64,000 bases of DNA from an uncultured Candidatus Saccharibacteria bacterium. GTDB taxonomy: Bacteria > Patescibacteriota > Saccharimonadia > Saccharimonadales > CAIOMD01. How positions within the stretch are numbered: position 1 is the stretch's first letter; every line of letters begins with the position of its first letter. A model generated the notes under the pieces. It was not told the origin of the DNA. It saw only the letters and a list, made by a program, of their open reading frames with translations, and made no database searches. Shown here piece by piece: positions 46,943 to 54,356 of this stretch. The position numbers were made by a program, and so were the translations under genes. The DNA is taken from positions 197,829 to 261,828 of the forward strand of contig CAZMHM010000001.1 of NCBI GenBank assembly GCA_964566135.1, in the 5' to 3' direction.

Positions 46943-47809
46943 ATGCTTATGCTTCATACCACCCCTGATAAAAAGAATTATCCTAAGGTGTTATTACAGC
47001 TTGCGCAACCACCTAAAAATTTGTTTATAGAAAGCAAAAATTGGCCCGAACTAGCCGAAAAACCTATGCTTGCTGTTGTCGGCAGCCGTAAAGTTAGTAC
47101 CTACGGCCGTAGCGTAACCGAACAACTAGTGCGTGGGGTAGTAGCGCGGGGAATAGTGATTGTGAGCGGCCTAGCGCTCGGGCTTGATGCGATAGCGCAC
47201 CAAACCGCACTTGATGCCGGTGGACAAACCATTGCCGTACTACCCAGCGGGCTCGAAGCGATATACCCAAGTACGCACCACCAACTTGCACGCAACATCG
47301 TTGCGCAGGGCGGGGCGCTCATTAGCGAATACCCACCGCACGAAAAAATCGCGTTTAAGGGTAACTTTATTGCCCGAAACAGAATCGTGGCGGGACTTTG
47401 CGCAGCAATACTCATACCAGAAGCTGCCGAAAAAAGCGGTAGTTTGCATACCGCAAACTTTGCTTTAGAGCAAGGCAAAGACGTTTTAGCTGTGCCGGGC
47501 CCAATTACCAGCCCGTTAAGTGCGGGATGCAACAATCTTATTAAAATTGGCGCTACACCCGTTACGAGCCTCGATGATATTTTGGCAGTCTATCAGTTGC
47601 CAGCAACGGCAGGCGAAACACATCACGTACAAGCTGCAAACGCCGCAGAACACGCCATTCTAGAGCTCATCGCCAGCGGCGTAACCGATATCGATACCTT
47701 ACAGACTTCTTCGGGGCTAACCCCACTAGAGTTCCAGCAAACCCTTAGCATGCTAGAGATTACCGGCAAGGTTTCTGCGCAAGGCGGCGGCAGCTGGACG
47801 TTGCGATAA
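46943..47809 (+). CDS. dprA: DNA-processing protein DprA (Smf)
   Basis: AVVGSRKVSTYG, VSGLALGLDAIAHQTALDAGGQTIAVLPSGL, SGSLHTANFALEQGKDVLAVPGPI. Confidence 0.9.
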   Translation: MLMLHTTPDKKNYPKVLLQLAQPPKNLFIESKNWPELAEKPMLAVVGSRKVSTYGRSVTEQLVRGVVARGIVIVSGLALGLDAIAHQTALDAGGQTIAVLPSGLEAIYPSTHHQLARNIVAQGGALISEYPPHEKIAFKGNFIARNRIVAGLCAAILIPEAAEKSGSLHTANFALEQGKDVLAVPGPITSPLSAGCNNLIKIGATPVTSLDDILAVYQLPATAGETHHVQAANAAEHAILELIASGVTDIDTLQTSSGLTPLEFQQTLSMLEITGKVSAQGGGSWTLR

Positions 47810-47814
47810 AGTAA

Positions 47815-47853
47815 ATTTTATGGCATAATTTGCTAGTCTTTGTCGCCCTACAC
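47815..47853 (+). repeat. left copy of a ~40-bp imperfect direct repeat flanking the high-GC cassette
   Basis: ATTTTATGGCATAATTTGCTAGTCTTTGTCGCCCTAC versus the right copy ATTTTATGGCGTAAGCATATAGTCTGTTGTCGTTGTAC. The first 14 nt match 13/14. Confidence 0.6.
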
Positions 47854-47873
47854 TAGGAAAGGAGGGGTGACGG

Positions 47874-48281
47874 ATGCACACTAACAACCCGAACTTGCTG
47901 TCATTTCTGGTGTTTCTTGTCGGAGTGATGTGTGGCGCAATCGCGTTGCTCGCCTTTTCTGAGGGCTTGCAAGAGTGGCGCGCCTACCGCACCCGTCGAG
48001 ACCCCGCAATCCTCTGCGACACTACCCGACGATACGTCGACACCAAAAAGAGTGCACACAAGACTCTTTTCTGGAGCGGCATCGTCAGCTGGGCTGGCTT
48101 TGCAGTCGGTTTTACTGTCGACATCGTCGTTGCCAGCTTGCTTCTCAGCGTTGCGCTCAGCGCGACGATTGGGAAGCTTTGGCAGCAGAGCCGTAGATTG
48201 GTCAACGTCGAAATCCGGCGCACCGAGCTACACGACGACAACGTCCACGAGCGAGACCGCAGGGATGGGGACGGCTCATGA
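47874..48281 (+). CDS. 135-aa 3-TM protein (high-GC cassette gene 1)
   Basis: AAGGAGG lies 8 nt upstream. 62-70% GC in sampled lines. No known motif. Confidence 0.55.
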   Translation: MHTNNPNLLSFLVFLVGVMCGAIALLAFSEGLQEWRAYRTRRDPAILCDTTRRYVDTKKSAHKTLFWSGIVSWAGFAVGFTVDIVVASLLLSVALSATIGKLWQQSRRLVNVEIRRTELHDDNVHERDRRDGDGS

Positions 48282-48574
48282 TCCTGTACAACCAGGTCGT
48301 TCAGGCGCTACTGATATACGGAGGTGGAATCTTCGTGGCAGTCGGCTACTGGATACCCGAAATCACTCGACAACAAGGCATCGAACTTCAGAGCTGGCAA
48401 ACCCTAAGGCTTCACGCCATCAGGATAGTCGCTCTGACATGCTTCCTCGCGGGACTGGCCTCGGCTATCCTGACGACACGATGGTGGATTATCATCATCG
48501 GGCTCGTTGGTGTGGCCGTTACGTTCATCTCGCTTCGACCCAAATACGACGAAGGAGACGATCAGCATGACTGA
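48278..48574 (+). CDS. 98-aa 3-TM protein (cassette gene 2)
   Basis: ATGA overlap with gene 1. Confidence 0.55.
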   Translation: MILYNQVVQALLIYGGGIFVAVGYWIPEITRQQGIELQSWQTLRLHAIRIVALTCFLAGLASAILTTRWWIIIIGLVGVAVTFISLRPKYDEGDDQHD

Positions 48575-48881
48575 CGAAGCGATGTTTCTCTGTGCGGGAA
48601 TCGCATGGGGCATCCTGATGGTGACGCTGACCCTCATGCGCCGCATCGCCAAGGGCGAACAGCGTGGTTGGGCGGCGGCCTTCTGGAGCTTCTTCGGCGC
48701 CGGTGGCTTCGTGCTCGCTGGTGTCAGCTACTACTACCTCGCGACCAGCGGACACGCCAAGTTCGCGTTCTGGACAGCGCTGGGCATGTCCACGTGTTGT
48801 CTGATGATTCTGCTCGCGCAGTATCGCCAGACCATCACGCCGCACGGCAGCAAGAACCAGGCAAGCAACCAGCTGCCGTGA
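48567..48881 (+). CDS. 104-aa 3-TM protein (cassette gene 3)
   Basis: Start at MTDEAMFLC, GAAGGAG upstream, 8-nt overlap with gene 2. Confidence 0.55.
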   Translation: MTDEAMFLCAGIAWGILMVTLTLMRRIAKGEQRGWAAAFWSFFGAGGFVLAGVSYYYLATSGHAKFAFWTALGMSTCCLMILLAQYRQTITPHGSKNQASNQLP

Positions 48882-48961
48882 CTACGTGTCACACCACGTC
48901 CTTTCCGCCTCAGCCTCGCCGCGTTGCCCCCACACAGGGGGCGACCGGCGGGGCTGCTTGC

Positions 48962-49001
48962 ATTTTATGGCGTAAGCATATAGTCTGTTGTCGTTGTACC
49001 C
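48962..49001 (+). repeat. right copy of the ~40-bp imperfect direct repeat
   Basis: See 47815..47853. Confidence 0.6.
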
Positions 49002-49023
49002 GTAAAAAGTACGACCTATATAT

Positions 49024-51321
49024 ATGAGTAAAAAGAATCTAGTAATTGTAGAGTCCCCAGCAAAAGCCAAGACGATTGAGAAATTTTTAGGCAAAGATTA
49101 CACCGTTAAGAGTAGCTTTGGTCACATCCGTGACTTACCTAAAAAGGGCTTAAGCATTGCGCTTGATGATAATTTTAAGCCAGACTACGAAATCCCAGCT
49201 GATAAAAAGAAAGTTGTAACAGAGCTCAAAAAAGAAGCAAAACTTGCCGAAACCGTTTGGCTCGCAAGTGATGAAGACCGCGAAGGGGAGGCTATTGCAT
49301 GGCACTTAGCCGAAGCATTGGGCCTTGATACCAAAAAAACCAAACGTATTGTATTCCACGAAATCACCGAAGGTGCTATTAAGGATGCCATTGCCAATCC
49401 TCGTACCATTGATATTGATTTAGTAAACGCCCAGCAAGCGCGCCGCATACTAGACCGCTTAGTAGGCTACGAACTTTCACCCGTATTATGGAAGAAGGTA
49501 CAACCTGGCCTGAGCGCCGGCCGCGTACAATCTGTTGCAGTACGTTTAATCGTAGAACGCGAGCGCGAAGTTAATGCGTTTACCCCCGAAAGTAGCTTTA
49601 GGGTACAGGCTATCTTTTTGAAAAATGGCGAGGAAGTTCCCGCCGAACTCATTTTGCGTATGCCAGACGAGGCGCATGTAAAAGAGTTTTTAGATGACTG
49701 TATTACCGCCACCTTTACCGTGCACGAAGTAGCGCAAAAGCCAAGCGTGCGCAATCCATCTGCACCATTTACTACCTCTACACTGCAGCAAGAAGCAGCT
49801 CGTAAACTAGGCTTTAGCGTTAAGCAAACTATGACTGTTGCACAGCGTTTGTACGAAAATGGACACATTACCTACATGCGTACCGATAGCACTAACTTAT
49901 CTGGCCAAGCGATTGCTGCCGCTGGTGCCTACATCGAATCGAACTTTGGTAAAAAGTATCATCAAGTACGCCAGTACAAAACCAAGAACTCATCTGCCCA
50001 AGAAGCTCATGAAGCCATTCGTCCAACCAATTTTAACGCGCTTTCAGCCGGCAGTGATGCAACTCAAGAAAAACTGTATCAGCTTATCTGGAAGCGAGCC
50101 CTCGCGAGCCAAATGGCTGCCGCCGAAACAGACCGGACCGAAGCTACCATTAGCATCAGCGGTCGTGCATCAGTATTTATCGCTAAGGGCGAATCACTTA
50201 AGTTTGACGGTTTCCTAAAAGTGTATGGTGGCGGTAAAGAAGATGCCATTTTGCCACATCTTGCAGTTGGTGATGTCTTGCAGCGCCAGACAATTAGCGT
50301 CCACGAAACCTTTAGCCGTCCACCAGCTCGATATTCAGAGGCGAGCCTCGTTAAGGCGCTCGAAGAGCTTGGTATCGGTCGCCCGAGTACCTATGCTCCA
50401 ACAATTAGCACCATCCAGACCCGTGGGTACATCGAAAAGGCTGATTTAGGGGGCATAGAGCGTAATGCGGTGCATTATGAACTTGTAGACGACACTGTTA
50501 CTCGAACCGAAGCTATCGAGGTCTACGGGGCCGACAAGGGCAAATTATTACCAACCCACCTCGCAGACGTTACGACCGACTTTTTAGTTAAATATTTCGA
50601 CACCATTATTAACACTGGATTTACTGCTCAGGCAGAGTTACAACTCGACGAAGTTGCCGAAGGCACGCTCGTTTGGCAAGATGCCATGAAAGAGTTCTAT
50701 AGCCAGTTCCATCCACTGGTCGAAAAGGCCGGTGATGCAACCCGCCAAGAGACTTCACAGGCACGCCTATTAGGTGAAGACCCTAAGACAGGCAAGCCAA
50801 TTTACGCCCGTTTTGGTAAATACGGCCCTATGCTACAACGCGGCGAACCGACCGAAGATAAAACCATTAAGCTTGAGTTTGCACCGATGCCAGCCGGCGT
50901 TCGCCTCGAAAACGTTACGCTCGAAGAAGCTCTTACTATGTTTAGCTTGCCTCGAGTCGTAGGCGAAACAGCTGACGGTAAAGAAATTAAAGCTAACATT
51001 GGCCGCTTTGGACCATACATCCAGATAGATAAGCTCTTTGTCTCTATAAAACCGTTAGACCCATTTAGTATCACCGAGGCAGAAGCACTCGATTTATACA
51101 CCAAAAAACTCGAGGTCCTTGCAAACCGCGAAATTAAAATCTTTGAAAAAGAAAAGATTAGCATCCTTAACGGTCAATACGGACCATACATTACCGATGG
51201 TAAAAAGAATGCACGTATCCCTAAAACGACTGACCCTAAAACAATTACGCTCGAACAAGCGGTAACGATGCTCAAAGACGCCAAACCAGCCCGCAAACGT
51301 ATCGTCCGGCGCAAAAAATAA
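49024..51321 (+). CDS. topA: DNA topoisomerase I (type IA)
   Basis: Toprim LVIVESPAKAKTIEKFLG and ASDEDREGEAIAWH. Active-site region GHITYMRTDS. C-terminal repeats. Confidence 0.95.
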   Translation: MSKKNLVIVESPAKAKTIEKFLGKDYTVKSSFGHIRDLPKKGLSIALDDNFKPDYEIPADKKKVVTELKKEAKLAETVWLASDEDREGEAIAWHLAEALGLDTKKTKRIVFHEITEGAIKDAIANPRTIDIDLVNAQQARRILDRLVGYELSPVLWKKVQPGLSAGRVQSVAVRLIVEREREVNAFTPESSFRVQAIFLKNGEEVPAELILRMPDEAHVKEFLDDCITATFTVHEVAQKPSVRNPSAPFTTSTLQQEAARKLGFSVKQTMTVAQRLYENGHITYMRTDSTNLSGQAIAAAGAYIESNFGKKYHQVRQYKTKNSSAQEAHEAIRPTNFNALSAGSDATQEKLYQLIWKRALASQMAAAETDRTEATISISGRASVFIAKGESLKFDGFLKVYGGGKEDAILPHLAVGDVLQRQTISVHETFSRPPARYSEASLVKALEELGIGRPSTYAPTISTIQTRGYIEKADLGGIERNAVHYELVDDTVTRTEAIEVYGADKGKLLPTHLADVTTDFLVKYFDTIINTGFTAQAELQLDEVAEGTLVWQDAMKEFYSQFHPLVEKAGDATRQETSQARLLGEDPKTGKPIYARFGKYGPMLQRGEPTEDKTIKLEFAPMPAGVRLENVTLEEALTMFSLPRVVGETADGKEIKANIGRFGPYIQIDKLFVSIKPLDPFSITEAEALDLYTKKLEVLANREIKIFEKEKISILNGQYGPYITDGKKNARIPKTTDPKTITLEQAVTMLKDAKPARKRIVRRKK

Positions 51322-51344
51322 ATTATATACCCATACCGTGAGTA

Positions 51345-51373
51345 TAGACATTATATGTTTTTTATGATATAAT
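51345..51373 (+). promoter_or_regulatory. extended -10 promoter only 9 nt from the start codon
   Basis: TAGACA - 17 nt (ending TGA) - TATAAT. ATG at 51383. Confidence 0.5.
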
Positions 51374-51382
51374 AGTTTTATT

Positions 51383-53011
51383 ATGACTACCGGTGAGTTG
51401 GATTCTGGACACTCAATCGCCCAAAGCTATGCTAATTTGTGGCGTTCAATAGAAGCCGCCCCAACACGTGAAAATGCCGAAATTGTTTCTAATGAAGCTG
51501 TAAGATTACTTGGTGAATTACGTGATGGTATCGAAGACAGCGTTGAAAGATCTCTTGTTTTTAGCGCAGACAAGTTCTATAAAGAATTTGATTGGATAAA
51601 CGGTGCCTTTGATGAGCTTGTAACGTATGAAAGCGACTCTGGAATCACCGATGAGGTATTCGAAGCATTCTTTAGTGGCCGTATAAATGGCTACAAAAAT
51701 GCACAACTAACTTGCCAGGCGATTTTAGATAACTTTGAGTTGGGTTGGTTCAAGGATATGTATACCAAGACTGCAGACCAAGATGTGGACATAAAAGCCA
51801 CGCCAGATTGGATACGAAAACTCACCAAACACGATTACATAGATATATTAGATGCGATATTTACTATGATACAAGAAAAGAGTAATCAACCCATAGAATT
51901 TGGTAGTAGTAAATATGATTCACAAGCGTTTGGTGTTATAGCTACAATAATATCTGCAACTGACTTTGCACTCATTTCCGGTAGCCCAGATGTTATCGTC
52001 CACTTAAAGCAAAAGCTATCTGATTTAAATAAAAGTGTTAAGGATCGTTACCGAACTACCCCAAGTACTATTGCCACGGCAGATATGCTATTTCAAAAAA
52101 TCTTAATCGAAAATAAGCCCATCGACCAATCAAAAGAACTTTTACAATTTATTAAAGAAGAAGACCCCCAGGAGTGGCAGGGTGCCCAAGAAATATTAAC
52201 CTTTTATATGTTATCTTCAATGGCATCAATTGCCATACGTAATTATGAATCGTTAGATTACCCGGGACAGCAACGGGTAAAAAATAATATGCTCTTGCGT
52301 TTTCAGCTTACTTTACTTAAACAAATACCAGATGCACCCTTTATTGTTCAAAATTCTTATGAAGCAGAGCTCGAAACTCCCACATCGGTTAAAGATGTTT
52401 TAAAAGAAACTGAGCTTGACTGGACTGTTTTGCCTAAGGGCGAAGATGAACTACGAAAGTCGGCCGAAGAAATTATAGATGCTGCAATGGCACGGTTAGA
52501 AGACGGCGTTGAACCTACGATTGATTTAGAACGGCTAAATATTTTAACCGAAATACGTAGCCGATGGGGCGAAGATATGTGCTATTTTGCCCGAGGCAAA
52601 TTAAAGCGTGGTGCTAGCATTGCTAGCGAAGATGGTACTCGCCAGCCAGATGAATATATTGTATTGGTGCTTCAAGAATACCGCGATGGCAAATTAATAG
52701 AACATGCTGTTGCCGAAAGCCCAATTGCAGGGCCAAATGCCTTGTATGTATGTCGCGCAGATGTATCACCAAAATCATGGCGCGAAGTCTATTCTATCCC
52801 TAAAAAAGATGCACGTGCGCTAGGTGCCCGCAGGGTAAAACATACCTGTGCAGTAGGCGATTCGCTTATAAGCGTAATGGCAAATAAGGTAGAAACGCTT
52901 CTTACGGCAACACCAACAGAATTTGCTACATTACAGTTTAACGGCAGAAACAAGGGTTTTGGTATTCGTATTATTGACCTAGCTGTTCTGCAATCTGCGC
53001 AGCCTAAATAA
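51383..53011 (+). CDS. 542-aa orphan cytoplasmic protein in a low-GC islet
   Basis: Long uninterrupted ORF. No TM segment and no motif I recognise. Sampled lines are 27-42% GC. Confidence 0.6.
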   Translation: MTTGELDSGHSIAQSYANLWRSIEAAPTRENAEIVSNEAVRLLGELRDGIEDSVERSLVFSADKFYKEFDWINGAFDELVTYESDSGITDEVFEAFFSGRINGYKNAQLTCQAILDNFELGWFKDMYTKTADQDVDIKATPDWIRKLTKHDYIDILDAIFTMIQEKSNQPIEFGSSKYDSQAFGVIATIISATDFALISGSPDVIVHLKQKLSDLNKSVKDRYRTTPSTIATADMLFQKILIENKPIDQSKELLQFIKEEDPQEWQGAQEILTFYMLSSMASIAIRNYESLDYPGQQRVKNNMLLRFQLTLLKQIPDAPFIVQNSYEAELETPTSVKDVLKETELDWTVLPKGEDELRKSAEEIIDAAMARLEDGVEPTIDLERLNILTEIRSRWGEDMCYFARGKLKRGASIASEDGTRQPDEYIVLVLQEYRDGKLIEHAVAESPIAGPNALYVCRADVSPKSWREVYSIPKKDARALGARRVKHTCAVGDSLISVMANKVETLLTATPTEFATLQFNGRNKGFGIRIIDLAVLQSAQPK

Positions 53012-53103
53012 TCAAATTTGTTACTATATTTTATCGTCGTGGCCCCTTGTCAAAACGCTTAAGCTAGTACATGATAGCTTTTGATGCAGTATATATGCAC
53101 AAG

Positions 53104-53128
53104 TGTCTATTTTGTGCTAAAATAGACA
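53104..53128. repeat. 10-bp perfect inverted repeat (operator or hairpin)
   Basis: TGTCTATTTT-GTGCT-AAAATAGACA. Confidence 0.6.
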
Positions 53129-53143
53129 TAGATAGCCATATTG

Positions 53144-53172
53144 TTGACTAACAATAAGATTTATTGTAAAAT
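53144..53172 (+). promoter_or_regulatory. sigma70-type promoter
   Basis: TTGACT - 17 nt - TAAAAT, upstream of 53230. Confidence 0.5.
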
Positions 53173-53229
53173 ATATTAAGTATTACCATTTCTAGTGGTA
53201 CACCGTATTTGTAAGGAGATTCCGAACCC

Positions 53230-54285
53230 ATGGCAACTAAAACACCTACTATCGCAAGCAGTTCATTAGATTTGGACGTCGTTTTAAAGGGTGTTTTGGG
53301 TTCTATCGAACGAGAACGTGAACGAGAGATTGTTTCGCGTCGTTTTGGCCTGTATGACCGCAAGGAAACTCTCGAGCAAATTGGTGAGCTCTTGGGCATT
53401 ACCCGCGAACGCGTTCGTCAGCTCGAAAAGGTTGTCGTAACACGCCTTAAAAGCACTGCAGCAAGCGGTAATTTGCCACATATTAAAGAAGTTGAAACAG
53501 TAGTTCTTGAAATTTTAGCCCAGAACGGCAATGCAATGCGCGTGAGCGAACTTGCCGGCTTGCTAACCAAGCAGGGAAGCAAGATAGATCAAGCTCGTAT
53601 TTCGTTTTTAGCTGAACTTTCACCAGAGATTAGTGTTATAGAAGAAAGCGACCATTTTTATAACGCCGTTGGTACCCGTAAGGTCCACGACGAAAAGAAG
53701 ATGCGCGAACTTACTAATAAAATTGTTGAAGCAGTCAAGAAAATTGGCAAACCTACTGATATCAAGAGCATCGCTAACGGTGTTGGCGACGAAGACGTTA
53801 GCCATGTAAGCGCGCTGGCAAGTATTTCTAAGCACCTTGCAGAGCTCAACGATCGTTGGGGTCTTACAAAATGGCCAATGGTTAACCCAAAGAACATCCG
53901 CGACAAAATCTATGTTATCTTGCACGAAAACGGCAAGCACATGCACTTTAATGAAATTGCCGAATCTATCCGTATTTCTGACTTTAAGCGCAAAGACGTT
54001 ACTACCCAAGCAATTCACAACGAACTTATAAAAGATAAGCGCTTTGTTCTTATCGGTCGTGGTATTTATGCACTCCAAGAATGGGGCTATAAAAAGGGTA
54101 CTGTAGCCGACATGATAACAGAGGTACTTACAGAAGCTGGCGAGCCACTTCACCGTGATGAAATCGTAAAGCGCGTGCTAAAATCACGTCATGTCAAAGA
54201 AACTACTATTCTTTTGAACCTACAAGGCAAACCACAATTCAAGCGCGTTGCAAAAGCAACCTACACACTTGCTGAAACCGCCTAA
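53230..54285 (+). CDS. sigma-70 region-4-like HTH protein with C-terminal HARE-HTH-like domain
   Basis: TLEQIGELLGITRERVRQLEKVVVTRLK (region 4.2-like). C-terminal MHFNEIAESI...VLIGRGIYALQEWGY resembles a HARE-HTH domain. Confidence 0.7.
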   Translation: MATKTPTIASSSLDLDVVLKGVLGSIEREREREIVSRRFGLYDRKETLEQIGELLGITRERVRQLEKVVVTRLKSTAASGNLPHIKEVETVVLEILAQNGNAMRVSELAGLLTKQGSKIDQARISFLAELSPEISVIEESDHFYNAVGTRKVHDEKKMRELTNKIVEAVKKIGKPTDIKSIANGVGDEDVSHVSALASISKHLAELNDRWGLTKWPMVNPKNIRDKIYVILHENGKHMHFNEIAESIRISDFKRKDVTTQAIHNELIKDKRFVLIGRGIYALQEWGYKKGTVADMITEVLTEAGEPLHRDEIVKRVLKSRHVKETTILLNLQGKPQFKRVAKATYTLAETA

Positions 54286-54290
54286 ATAAA

Positions 54291-54306
54291 AAGCCCAGCA
54301 GGGCTT
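54291..54306. terminator. short hairpin after the 53230 gene
   Basis: AAGCCC-AGCA-GGGCTT, with an A-run before it and no T-run after it. Confidence 0.35.
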
Positions 54307-54356
54307 GCAAAACAGATGTATAATAATGCTTGTGACTAAAAACACGGTTATTACCT

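Noticed and set aside
47932-48570. 212-aa, 73-aa, 140-aa and several minus-strand ORFs overlapping the three cassette genes (also 48404..48652, 48525..48845, 48605..49027).
   Set aside because: These are alternative-frame shadow ORFs typical of 65-70% GC DNA. They are Arg/Pro/Ser-rich with no RBS, whereas the chosen frames have SD sites, start/stop coupling and TM-helix periodicity.
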